Assembly (NCBI RefSeq): GCF_000143415.4
Contig: NW_003314342.1
Span: forward strand, 206,074-270,073
DNA from: Selaginella moellendorffii
Lineage: Eukaryota > Plantae > Lycopodiophyta
Direction of reading: 5' to 3'
Length of the DNA stretch: 64,000 bases
A program made the position numbers and the translations under genes. The notes beneath the pieces are model-generated. The model saw only the letters and a program-made list of their open reading frames with translations, was not told the DNA's origin and did not search any database. This document shows, in pieces, positions 46,711 through 59,207 of this stretch (position 1 is its first letter; the number at the start of each line of letters is the position of its first letter).

Positions 46711-48699
46711 ATATTAATACAAGTTGTTTGGTGAAAGCCCAAAGTGATCATCCTCCAAGGGGGGTGGCTGCTGTTGCAAAGGGTTCCAAAACTATAGTAG
46801 GGAGAGTGTGGGGGTTGCATCCTAGTGGAACCAGTTTGGCAAGGAAAGGCTAGTGTAATCCAAGAAGGTTATACTTAGGTGTTGGGTGAGGATATATCCA
46901 CTGAGGAGTCGAACGCTAGAGTGAATATAAACTGACAAGCGGGGTAGCTTGGTGAAGTGTTCAAAAGCTAACTTTAGTTCCCTCGAGAGATCGAATGGTC
47001 GATGCTCCCAACCCAAGTGTGGGTGGTATTACCTACTTGGATACTTGGCGTGGCTCAATGGAACTTTGCTCTAAGCCCATGGCTAGAGCACCCAAAGGTG
47101 GAAGGTAGGGAGAGTACCTATGAAGCTTGCATAGGGCCACAATGTTCCGAAATGTTGTCCCAAAGTCCCAGACTATGGAAAGGAAAAGAGGTAATCCTCT
47201 AGTGAAGTGACCAAAGTTACGGTCATATGGTGTGAAAGTCCCAAAGAATAATGGGACTTAATGGTTGGGCCTATGGGCCTTGACCTAGTGGCAGTATCAA
47301 CAAACATGGCCATGGACAAAAAGGGACTTGGTGGGGACTGAAGAAGGGATGTTGAGGAAGGCTATTCCTCACATATAGATTTTGATCATTTATGGTTGGT
47401 GGTACTTTCAATATTTATTCCACGGTTTCTCCATGCCTACCATAATTTTCCTATTCTAGATGGGTATATGGGACATTGTTATGTGATCGAGAAGCTGCAC
47501 AAGTCTTTCTATTGGCCAAAGATGCGCCATGATGTTATCTAGTATGTGTGTACCTGCATTTGGTACCAAGCTCGTAATACTCCCCCTCGTGTTATGGAAG
47601 GACGGTTGGAATCAATTGTAATTTTCTATCCATTTGAGTTGGTGGCGTTTGATCTTATGGGACTTTTTCCATGATCGACTATTTGCAATGAATGTGTTAT
47701 TATTGCTTCTGACTACTTGACTCATTGGGTGGAAGTTGGTGCTCTTGCTAGTGCCTTTGCAACTACTATTGGATACTTCATCCTCAATTGAGTGGTGTTC
47801 CAGATTTCTTGTTTGGAGCGGATTCTTTTGGATAATAGTCCCACATTTATAGCTAAGGCATTTCATGTTTTGACGTCTTGGTTATAGATATGCCACACTT
47901 TCACAAGTGCTTATCATCTGCAATCAAATAGTTTGGTGGAACAGCTCATTTGGACATTCAAAGGGATGATCACAAGTACCACAAGGTTACTACCTTGTCC
48001 ATGCCGTCTCTTTGGTATTCATATGTCACAGGGGTGCAGAGTTCTATTGGTGCTTCATCATATAAACTCCTATATGGTCATGATCCAATATTATTAATAG
48101 AGCTAAGTTTACTTTCACAATTGCCACGAGCTGCCAATGCTAGGTCATGGGATCAATATTTGACGAGCATTTTTCCATTTGTCTAAGCAGAGTCTGCTGA
48201 ACACCTAAGCCACGTACAAGTGGGACAACAACAGCACTACAACTCCCATCATCGTCCACCTACAAAGTACAAAGTGGAAACGATTGTATCGGGTGTTGCG
48301 GCAAGTTGGACCACAAGTTTATGAGATTTGGCATGACATCCAGCAAGCCAATCCTCCAAAAATTGTGCATGTGTAGCAGTTGAAATATTTTGTACAATTG
48401 ATACCACCTACAAATCCATCAATGCCTCCTCTTGATGTTCCACCAGATCCCGGCCTATCTAAAAGAGAACCCTGATAGTCTTCCATTATTCTGAGAAGAG
48501 GGGACGATGTGAGGTCCAAGTGTACGGTTACAATGCTAGCCATGAAAATTTACTAATATTAACATAGTGGGATTTTGGTAGTTGTCGGATTGGTTTCAAC
48601 TGAACTAACACAAGGTGCATAATAGCGAGGGTATTTGGCAGATATAATAAGCTATCATTTAGCCAATACGTAACTTTCAATACCTGCAGTCACATTTGC

Positions 48700-50360
48700 G
48701 ACACTGTCCCCGCCCTTAGGGAAGATTAACGTCCTTGTCAATGCATATTCTAGTCTAGAGCATTACTAAGGAAACAACTCTAGAAAAAGTTCACAATGTT
48801 TACATCATATGAGACTTAAATGAGTTAGGGTAATCTCTTTGTTTAACATGGATATGCTACTAAGTCAAACACCTTCCGGCCGTTGTCGATAAAAAAATGA
48901 CCAATAGAGTTAGCCACCCTTGTTGTTCTGGGTGTCACTCAGCTTACAAAAGTGTGATACACCTTTGCCTGTAGGGACATATAAAGAAAAGCTAGAGGCT
49001 CTAACCCTCATAAGCAAAGAAACCAAACCTGTTGGTAAGGTTTAGATAGACTACTATAAATAGGCAGTTAGAGTTATTTACACAGTCACACCCTTTTAAC
49101 GAAATAAAGAACATCGAGAGAGAGGCAGATGATGTGACTAGTTGACAGTATCTACCCCATGACTAAAGATTTCACTATGCACATGAAGTGCCAAAGCCGA
49201 TCTACCTATACTGGCCCAAACCCAAAGATCAATAGATGAACAATATCAAAGTCATAGACAATGATATATGAGATACTTAATTATCAGTGAATGAATCTTA
49301 GATTATAACACAAAAGTATTCTAAGTAAGTTATTGTTCGATAAACTAGTATTAGAGTATAAGAACCACCAAGATCATTATAATTAGAAAACATAGGATTC
49401 ACCATCCAACAAAATTCAATAGCCAGTGTATCATATAAAACACTCAATGATAAAACTTCACTATCAAAGATTGTAAATAGCATGCTAAACAACTTATGTA
49501 AGATAACTGAAAGAACACAAAATATTATTGACTGACAAGCAAAATGCTCGCAAATATACCACCTAAAGGAAATATCATCCAATCTATCAAAACTAACTAT
49601 AACAACAATTAACAGAACAAAATTAATGTGGCAAGATCAACAAACATAATGTTCATGCTAAGTATCACACTAGCTAATCTGAATAAATCTCAGTCAACAA
49701 TATGAAGGAACTCAAGTTGCTTAAACAAGCGTCAGCAACATCTTACCGAAGTCTCAGACCCAAGAAATTAATCCCAAGAAAACCACAAAAACATGTGGTA
49801 TTGTGAAAAGCTAAAAACCATCAAAGAAAATAATTAACTATCATGAAAGATCATCAATCATCCCATTATTAGAGAGATGCATAATCATCATTGAAAAAAG
49901 AATCCACTATCCCAAAGAATAACAAATCATTTTAAACCAATAATAATCAAGCAAAACCTTTGACAAAGATAATCAACTATCCTAAATGATAGTCGATCAT
50001 CACTAATTATTGTTAGATGCGAAGGCTAATTTCAACATCGAAGTTAATAAGTCAAAATGTTTTCCCTAACAACTCTTTACAAATGGAATAATGAGCATAA
50101 AAACTCAAAAAACCAAAAACTCAAAGAAGTATATAGCTAAGTCATGCCTAATAATGATTATGAGTCTTACATACATTAATTTCAATGTTAAAAAGAAAAT
50201 CATGGTACAACCCACAATATCCTCCTCAACACATTTATAAGCTAAACTTCATAATACAAAACTAATGAAGAGCATTTTTACATCAATCCAAAAGCTAAAT
50301 ATAACAAAGCTATACTCAATAACTGACTACCCAACCGATCCTCTATGTGTTGTGGGGGGT
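48700..50360 (-). mobile_element. Non-coding retroelement-derived repeat (second copy at about 60107-60875)
   Basis: 48700-49460 aligns by eye with 60107-60875; purine tract on the minus strand at the left end. Confidence 0.5.
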
Positions 50361-50364
50361 TCCA

Positions 50365-51407
50365 ATCTCTAGTATACTAGCGAGAGGTGGTTTGATCTGT
50401 GTTGCCCATCATATTTATAGCTCAAGACACTAGAATGCTCTTGGGAAGGCATCTAGAATATTTGAAAGTTAGTTGCTCTATGTTTGTCAATTCCTTCTCT
50501 TTTCTATATTCCTGGGGCCGCTGGGGCATGGATGAAGTTTGCAACACGAAGAAGGAAGTAAAACTGCCACGCAAGAAAAACTCAGTCAGCAGGCCTGGAG
50601 TCAAAATGAAGTAAACTCTTGAAATGAAGCTGTGAATCCAGATGAGAAATAGAGAGAACAGACATTTTTTATCAAGGCCTAATTGTTGGATCTCATGCAA
50701 TGCCATACAGAAAACTATTCTTCTTTCCAGACCCTACTGCAGAATAATGAATTCAGAGGAACGATGCTGGGGTTTACCCCTTGAAACGGGAGGTTTCAGT
50801 TGCGCCAGCAGCGATTGTTGCACCAGACCCAACCCGTCTGGCAACGGTGGCAACTGTTGTCATACCAAAACCACCCCGACTGGCAGCGCTGGGCAGCAGA
50901 CTTTGCGATTCCTCCCACGTCCACGCCCATGGCCAGCACCATCACAAACATGGCAAGCGCCAAAAACATCACCAAGAAAGCCTTGTTCTCCATGATTTGC
51001 TGCTCAGACTAAGATCAAGTAGGCTTGTATATTAGAGAGAAATGGTTTGATCTGTGAGGCAGGAGGGGCTCGTATTTATAGCTCGAGGCAGCACAATTTA
51101 GATGGAGGCTGGAGAGTTGTCTTGGGACGGCTTCGCTTATTTCTTATCTCTGGAAGAATATTTGAAAGTTAGTCCCGTAAAAGTGGTTCCGTGTTTGCCA
51201 ATTCTTCTTTTTCCTATAATGCTTCTCCAATCCTTCAAACCTTATCTCCAAAGTCACTCTAGCATTCCTCTTCTAGCTTTGCCAAAACTTTACAAGAGTT
51301 TGATTCAAAGTTCCATAGAATATAAACACGAACCACTTTGATTAATGTTGCGGGTGACTGGAAGTGGCCGTACTGAGTCTGTGGTTGAAACGGAAGACAA
51401 GGTATTA
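50365..51407. repeat. Segmental duplicate of 14818-15873
   Basis: High identity over about 1 kb including the CRP gene and flanks, apart from two inverted blocks. Confidence 0.9.
50796..50993 (-). CDS. Secreted Cys/Trp-rich peptide CRP-10 (65 aa, 2 modules)
   Basis: MENKAFLVMFLALAMFVMVLAMGVDVGGIAKSAA followed by QRCQSGWFWYDNSCHRCQTGWVWCNNRCWRN. Correctly oriented TATAAAT at 51074-51080. Confidence 0.85.
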   Translation of the reverse strand: MENKAFLVMFLALAMFVMVLAMGVDVGGIAKSAAQRCQSGWFWYDNSCHRCQTGWVWCNNRCWRN

Positions 51408-51899
51408 CAAGAACAACACTGATTTGCTTGTTGTGGCATAAGCTTTGGCATCCTTGACTCTCATGTAGGCATACTTCAAAGAGCTGGTATTCCAAAGATT
51501 GAGATGATTTTGATGAGTGCTAATGACAAGCTAATGAATACCTCATACATTACAAGCATTACAAGTGATGTTGGTGGTGTTCATAACTAACATACGGGTG
51601 TATTTGCATACATTAAACTCTTTAGCTTTTTCTTATGAAGCTTAGTTTCTTGTGAGCGTCGAGAGTTGAAGTGGCTACTGGGTAGCGCCACAAACATCAC
51701 CCAATTACTGCTCTGTCCCCCTAAGCTTGGGATACAGTTGTGAACTCAGAGGGATCTTCCGTGACTGGAATTCTACTTGGAGTGGTGATTGTCAGAAAGC
51801 CACTTCCACTACACTCTGGTTTATGTACTGATCGATGCTCCTCAGCGGCGCAGTGGGAAGCATCTCTATCTCGGGCAAGCACAGGATCATTGCCCACAC

Positions 51900-52170
51900 C
51901 AAGGTATGCAACACGGTGCATGTATGGCCGCTGCGACCATCTCACCCAGGCTTGCTCCTGGAACAGCATGATCACTGCATATGCCCGAAATGGGCATCTG
52001 GAGGAGGCCGAGAAGATCTTTGATTCCATGCCCGTGGCAATGTTGTGTCCTGGACTACCGGGAACTTGCAGCATGGCAAATCCTCCCAAGCATTGCAATT
52101 CTTCCGGAGGATGATTCTAGTCAAACCAAGGTGACCCTCCTCGTGATCTTGGACACATGCTTGAGCTTTT
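51900..52170 (+). pseudogene. PPR gene fragment
   Basis: MYGRC...SWNSMITAYARNGHLEEAEKIFDSMP, followed by frameshifted sequence. Confidence 0.6.
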
Positions 52171-53629
52171 TGCCATGGCTACTTCCAGGACAACAGCGCG
52201 CCGGTCAATGCCAGCTCCTTGACATTCGGAATGGGAGCACAACAATGTGTTTGGCCATTGCAAGAGGAAGTTTTGTTTTTCTCTGTGGTTTATATTTGGA
52301 GCTGCCACTTGGATCATTTAGACGATCTGGCCATTTTCTCTTGGGTGGGATCGCATGTTTGGTGTAGCAAAACATCAATAATGGTGAAATTATTAAACTT
52401 TAGCATGTTTAAGTTTTAAAATTTTAAAATTTTAAATTTTAAATATAGAAACCTTAAGATTTATTAAAACAGTGTTATGTTAATAAAATTTTGGAAAATA
52501 TTACGTTAAAAACATTAATATGAATATTTTTTTTAGACCTTGACATTTTTAAAATTGTAAAATATAACATTTCACTTTAAGTTATAATGAGTTTGAAAAA
52601 AGCTAATTTTTTCTTTTGTTCAAAATCTCTATATAATTAGATAGAAAATTTTCATTCTACTCCACAATTTTCTTTGTAATAAAGAAAGTGCAGCTTTTAA
52701 GTACATTAAAATATGAAAATATGATGATGTTGAAAAAAAATACATGCCACACCTCTAGAAGCTCGTGTACACAATCATCTTTGACCTGTGAGATCACATA
52801 GTCAGAACAAATGCACCAGAAAAGGTGATAAGAGCTTACATTTATGGGACAAACAGATCATGTGGACAATATAGTACCAGTCGAAAGGTTTTTCATAGAA
52901 CTTCTTGATCAAAGATCATCCTCAACACCCTTCTTTTCGGCTTTTTAGTCACCTCACAGAGCTAGTGATTGTCTAGAGCAGCATTTTTATCAATCCCAGG
53001 GTAGTCTCCAACACTCACTAACTTCTCCTATATTGCATGGTCAATTTCTTGGTGCACTTCAACATGACAAAGGGTATTTTCCACTTTAACATAGGCAATG
53101 GAACATCATTTTCTGCTACTTAGCTTGCTATTTCCAGTGTCAAAGTGTTCTTGCTAGTGGATGGATGGCCTCACTCATCTTAATCTAGTGTCTGACAACA
53201 AACTGGACGATCTCATTCTAGCTAAGCTACTTTCATTGTAGTCCATGGAATTACACAAGCTATGCAATCAATCACAATACCATTTGATGAGCAATAGAGC
53301 TCAAGAAAGACTTGCATCGCTAATGGAGTTCCGGCTAGCCAATTGCAACTGTGCAGCATATGGGCACACATCAAGAAGATCCAAGCCATAAATCTGCCAA
53401 TGAGCATCTATCACACAAAAATGCATTCAAATATACTACTACTATTAGTATTATATATCATCCTAAGCAACACCTTGGGATAACATTTCCAAGGGATCAT
53501 GCTCACACACAAAGTCTCACTTGTTTGCTTTTCCATCACTTGTTTGCTCTTCCATTGCCACATTTGTCATTGGCACTGTGAGGGCCATACTAGCAAAAAG
53601 ATCTTGACCATACAACAATGGCCTCACAC

Positions 53630-53631
<2 letters not shown>

Positions 53632-53703
<72 letters not shown>
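53632..53703. repeat. (AG)36 microsatellite
   Basis: Perfect dinucleotide run. Confidence 0.98.
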
Positions 53704-53706
<3 letters not shown>

Positions 53707-53959
53707 CCCAGCTCAGAATCTGTGTGATCACTTGGCACAAGAGCAAACAACAAAGACGCGATGTAAAAAATTTTTATATGAAGTAGAAAGGATTTCCACT
53801 CTGCAAAGCAATATAGGAACATAATAAAAGCTCAAGATTTAGTAAAGGAATTTTTGCAATACATTTCTTTTTAGAATATTATCTAGAAATATACTTTTGA
53901 TCTAATGTTTGAAATTTGAAAACATCAAATAGACAGCATAGATTAAACCCAATGATTGA

Positions 53960-54780
53960 GGATGGCCTCAACCTTGTATTCTTCCTCCCTTTGGATAACC
54001 TCGAGTAAAGGTTTCATTTGGTTTTTGTAAGCAAATCCTCAAAGTATAACTTAATTAAGTTCATGTAGAACACAAAGTGCATCTTCTCCATTTCCTTGGA
54101 AAGTTAGAGGCAGTAACCCACTTCACCAATTTTGAGCCTCAATCTTATAAAGTGTTGCGAACCTACTTAAGAAACTCAAGATTAATTCATTTTCAAGAAT
54201 ACATGCATTTTACCTTTGGGTCAACTTTTGACTAATTCCACTTGGTAACCTCAGATTCTTGGTGTTCAGCTACACCTCTCCCCAAGTTGGAACTCTATGT
54301 CTTGGTGCTTTTGGTTTGCATATTTCATTTGTCTTTATTGTGCTCGTTCGAAGGAATCCCTCACTAAAGTCCAAATGTTGAGTCTTTCCGCCGTGAACTT
54401 CTTTACTGTGGGTAACTCTCTATAATACTCAACCACACTGAGTTCTCCAAGACCTTCAATGGCTCGCCCATTGATGACTTCCCATGAACTCACCCCGATA
54501 TTTAAATGTGGTGAGTTGTTATAGCACATTTCCATAAGTCCCAAATGACTTACCTAATTAATCTAGTTTCTGGAGATATAGCATTGCAAATAATCCTCCA
54601 ACTACTTATTCACCCTTTTTTGTTTGTCCATTTGTCAAGAAGTGTTATTGCCATTATGCTTCACTGAATACTTAATACATGTCTGTGAGTGATAGGCTAT
54701 GCTAAAATTTAGCTTAGTACAATATTATTCTAGGAGAGTTCTCTAGAACCTACTAGTGAAGATCTTATCTCAATTTGACA
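53960..54780 (-). mobile_element. Gypsy integrase remnant
   Basis: TKLNFSIAYHSQT, EMCYNNSPHLNIGVSSWEV and LVRDSFERAQ resemble integrase core and C-terminal regions. Confidence 0.6.
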
Positions 54781-54783
54781 TAA

Positions 54784-55309
54784 TGTAGCAAACATGGATT
54801 TTACCCTTTATCCTATAGTGATTTACCATAGAATAATCACAAAGTACAACCTAAACCCTCCATGTGCCACGTGTTATATGCCATGTGCCACATGCCACGT
54901 GTTTAAAGGACAGCGGAGCAGAACTTGAGTTTCAAGGCATTGGGCCACTGAATGAAGGAATGGAGCCAAACTCCTAAGCATAAAGCTAAGGAGTGACAGC
55001 ATTGGAACACGGAATGACTTTCGAGCATACAGCCCAAGAAGCGAAGGGACAAGAGCACGGAGTGACTTGGAACAATCCTAGAGAAACCAACATCCCAATG
55101 CCAGAACCAACACACAAAACGAAGCCAAACAAAGTCTGGCACTATTTCAACATACTGATAGCCTAACGTGAAGATATGGGTACTCCACTAGTTAATATGG
55201 TGTGGAACTCCAAGCCGAACACAGAACAAAAACAGTTACGTAAGCAGAAGCTAGACTATGATTCAGGTTAATTAGTTATGCCTAACCTACCCACTATCCC
55301 TACTATACA
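54784..55309. mobile_element. LTR-like repeat of about 525 bp (second copy at about 60878-61370)
   Basis: TGTAG...TACA termini and a C-rich tract (minus-strand PPT) adjacent at 55320-55350; homologous copy downstream. Confidence 0.6.
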
Positions 55310-57658
55310 TTTAGAACCCTCCACAGCCCACACCCTGCCCCTCCCCCAAGGCACTAGATTGCAAATTTGAACACAGGATAAACATTATTGTGTTCAAAAC
55401 AAGCAAATCTAAACACTTTCCATAAATAGCAATTGGGACCAAATCCAAACCACTCACTCCTATATATAAGCTAAGGTTTTTCGGCTAATTGATATATATA
55501 TTTTCTGTATTCCCTTTCCATATTGTATGCACTCATAGTTTCAAATAAATAAATATTTTAGTTTTTGGTTTGCTTAAGCAAACATGTGGACTGGGATGGT
55601 ATTGAATATACCTAGAATATACTTGGATATTCTAGGATATTTTACCATCTAACAGTTATTATTCATTTATATTAATCTTGTATTTATAATTTATAAACTT
55701 TCTTAAACACTTTCTAGTATATTATTTTTTATTCTACCATCTAATAGTTGATAGACAATAAGATTAATATTAGATTATAAACATGTTTATAATTATAAAA
55801 TTTAATTTTGGATTACTAAGTAAGAATAACACTACTATTAAGCAAACCAAATGTTGGTTAGCTTAGACTTAATATAAACAAATTAAACACCTTCACTTCC
55901 AATACATTTATTAATACACAGCTCTATAATAATACTAATATAACCATTGATATGAACCAAATTAACAATTAAAATGATTATGACTGGGCTCCTGATATGA
56001 CAATAGAAGTTGAAGTATGTACTAAATATGGAAATGTAATTGTTTGGCGTAATGATAAAGTTTTTAAAAGTAATATATTTTTTAAAGAATGTTAATTTAT
56101 ATTACATGGAACTTATTTTATAGAAGTCACTTTTAATAGATATGGTTTTTTCCAAATTGATAAATGGTATGGATGGCAAAATTGAGCATTTATTGGTACA
56201 TGGGATTGGCTCAACATATATATGGGACAATTGCATTAAGAAATTTTAATAAAAATTTAATTTTATATAATGTAATTCAGTAAGTAACTTTTAATAAAAT
56301 AGAATCATGGTTTTAAATTTATCAATTTTTGTTTTACTTTAAAAAATATTTGTAGTAGTGGATATAGCTAGAATATACCTAGATATTTTACCATTTCATT
56401 TAGATTAATTTCATAAACATGTTTTATGAGGTTCAAGTATACAGCTACGATACTATATACTAATATTAGTAGACTTTAGAATATATCGGATTGATTTCAA
56501 TCCAGACCATTCACTCCAGTATATAAACTAGGGTTTTTGGGTTAATTGATATATATATTTCTTATATTTTCTTTCCATATTCCATAGAGGTGAGGGGTAA
56601 TTTTGATTGTCCTTAAGGAGTGCTTAGATTTGGGATTTTTTAGCTTTTGAATTATTTAGATTTTTCTTTTACTCTAGTTTTTTCCATTTCTTTTCTTTTG
56701 CTTTTTTTTTAAATTTAGCTTTTGCATTGTCTAGATCTCCCTTTCCTTCTACCTTTTTCCATTTCTTTTCTTTTGCTCTTTCCTTTTCATTCATCTTCAT
56801 GGCAGAGTAACAGTCTCCTCCTCCTTTACTTCTAAAGCAATAGTTGGTGCAATTGCTCAATATTATGTGATTACAATTGAATAACCAAACTTAGTTGATG
56901 GCAGCTTTCATAGCGCATGGTACAATTCTTCTTGCTTTTGGTACCAATCCTTGAGTTCGGCTAGAGTTCTTCCGTGGGAATGCTAGGGATGATGTGTACT
57001 ATTGATTCAATCACTTTACAATGATTGCCACATATCATGATACTTGACATTTGCATGAGTTTTCAATGTGTCTCCAACAATGCTGTAGTGGTACAATGGT
57101 TTGAGCACAACCACTCATGAGGATTGGAGTATTCTCTCGGATGTCTTCAAATGTGCATTTGAATATGTTGACAATTCGGATAAGCTCTAGGGCAAGCTCA
57201 AAACTTACTAAATATGGAATATCTTTAAATCATGAATTTGGACACGGGATAAACACCATTGTGTTCAGGACAATCTCTATATTTTGTAGATATACCAAAT
57301 GACCAAATTTAAATATTTTCCACAAATAGCATTTGGAACTGGAATGAGACTAATACAAAGGGCATAATAGCGAGGGTGTTTGGTAGACACAGTAAGCTAT
57401 CATTTAGCAAATATTAATTGACTAGTCTCAATACATGAGGGTTTTTGTCAAGCCAATATAAGACAAAGCAAAAGAGAACTAACAAGCCAAACCTCTTACC
57501 GTCATGGCAGTAAGGAAAGAATATCCTGACATGTAATTTTTGATATTTGAAGTCACATTCGCAACATTGGCGTCAACAATGTTTTGTTGATGTTGTTGTA
57601 GTGGAAGTCTAGACACTGAGATGCATTTGGAAAACAAAGAGTCATATGAGTAGCAAAG

Positions 57659-59207
57659 TGTAGCATATCTTATTTCTCTCCCCTTAAGCCAATTGGAAAA
57701 AGGGCAATTGCTTGATGAGAGAGCCCTTAGTAGCTATTTTATCCCCATTTATCCCCCAAGGTTCCAAGGATCCACGGTGATAATATATCCAAATCTCATC
57801 CCATGATCACATGCACTACACTCACCCCCCCTTCAGAGATGTCAATGTCCTTATTGACTATTGACTAACAACCCCTATTGAGCCAAGGGGAACCAACAAC
57901 TCCATTTCTGCACTAAATCTACTAATCCTTCCATTGTGTAAACCAGCTATTCCATGTGAGGCAACTAGTCATCCACCCGTACCACAGTCTCACGGTGGAT
58001 ACCTTCGTCTGGGATGCTCCACAAGAGGAAGGACGTACACATGGATGCCCAATACATACGATTTTCAAATTTAGGGGTAGGAATATACCTTGCTCAAGGG
58101 TATATTATATTTTAGGTAGCTGTAAGCAACCAAAGAGAACGACTTAAGATGCAATCCATAGGGTTCAAATATAGAGGGAAAGGGCCCATGAACAAGAGTG
58201 CACCCCCTTTTCCAATCGGTCAAGGGTCTTGGGATAGTTGGAGTTAAGCGTCCTTGGGTTTGAATAGTACTGGGCTGGGTAACCTCCCGGGAAGTCCAAA
58301 CTCAGGAGCTTACATTTGGTATCAAAGGGGGGTCTTGGGTCCGACTCTGTTGGTTTGCTTATGGGAATCACACCACATGTTGATTGACATCTGGCTGGTC
58401 CAGTTTGCTCTCTGTTGGTTGGCTTAGGGGAATCACACCACATGTTGATTGACATCTGGCTGGTCCAGTTTGCTCCCGCTGGGCTCGACCCAAGGCGTAG
58501 GGTGTCAAGAGAGCGAGGCTCTTAGGAGAGCTGCGGCTCTCAGCTTCCGTTCACGAGGGTGTGAACTTGCAGGGAAGCGTGGTGGATTGTAAGCAACCAA
58601 AGGGAACGACTCGAGAGATGATCCATGGGGTTCAAATATAGAGGGAAAGGGCCCATGAACAAGAGTGCACCCCCTTTTCCAATCGGTTAAGGGTCTTGGG
58701 ATAGTTGGAGTTAAGTGCAAGAGAGCGAGGCTCTCGGGAGAGCTGCGGCTCTCAGCTTCCGTTCACGAGGGTGTGAACTTGCAGGGAAGCGTGGTGGATT
58801 GTAAGCAACCAAAGGGAACGACTCGAGAGATGATCCATGGGGTTCAAATATAGAGGGAAAGGGCCCATGAACAAGAGTGCACCCCCTTTTCCAATCGGTT
58901 AAGGGTCTTGGGATAGTTAGAGTTAAGTGTCCTTGGGTTTGAATAGTACTGGGCTGGGTGACCTCCCGGGAAGTCCAAACTCAGGAGCTTACAGTAACCA
59001 CTAATCAATGGGAATTGAATCCGTGCCATTTTCTCTGATACTAACTATAGCACACCTTATCTCTCTCCCCTTAAGCCAACTGAAAAATGGGCAATTACTT
59101 GATGAAAGAGCCTTTAGTGGCTATTTTATCCCCATTTATCCCCCAAGGTTCCAAGGATCCACGGTGACAGTATATCCAAATTTCATCCCATGATCACATG
59201 CGCTACA
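57659..59207 (-). mobile_element. TRIM with 162-bp LTRs (about 670 bp without the nested insert)
   Basis: Direct repeats 57659-57820 and 59046-59207, minus-strand PBS TAGTATCAGAG (Met type) and PPT GAAGGGGGGGTGAG, TSD CAAAG/CGAAG, no coding capacity. Confidence 0.85.
58121..58993 (+). mobile_element. Cassandra-type TRIM carrying a 5S rRNA-derived domain in its LTRs
   Basis: 194-bp LTRs 58121-58314 and 58800-58993 (TGTAAG...CTTACA), PBS TGGTATCAAAG, PPT-like GGGAAGCGTGGTGGAT, TSD GTAGC/GTAAC. Each LTR contains AGTTAAGCGTCCTTGGG...AGTACTGGGCTGGGTGACCTCCCGGGAAGTCC, matching the 5S rRNA A-box/IE/C-box. Confidence 0.9.

Larger units (their letters stand above)
42233..48600 (+). mobile_element. 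Degenerate near-full-length Ty3/Gypsy retrotransposon
   Basis: LTR end plus PBS at about 42393-42450, gag (FRGNPEDDV; CWACDEIGHTYRHC knuckle), protease, RT (MPFGLNNA), RNase H (LHVDASD), integrase, PPT AGAAGAGGGGACGA and 3' LTR start TGTGAGG at 48508. Many stops. Confidence 0.85.

Noticed and set aside
46420-46853. SV-, RP- and RS-repeat ORFs
   Set aside because: Translations of a simple tandem repeat inside TE sequence.
52740-53630. Possible minus-strand gene remnant beside the AG microsatellite
   Set aside because: Multiple stops and no identifiable family.
58242-58297. Genuine 5S rRNA gene
   Set aside because: Only the internal promoter portion is present, embedded in LTRs with PBS, PPT and TSD; the 5S 5' and 3' ends are missing.
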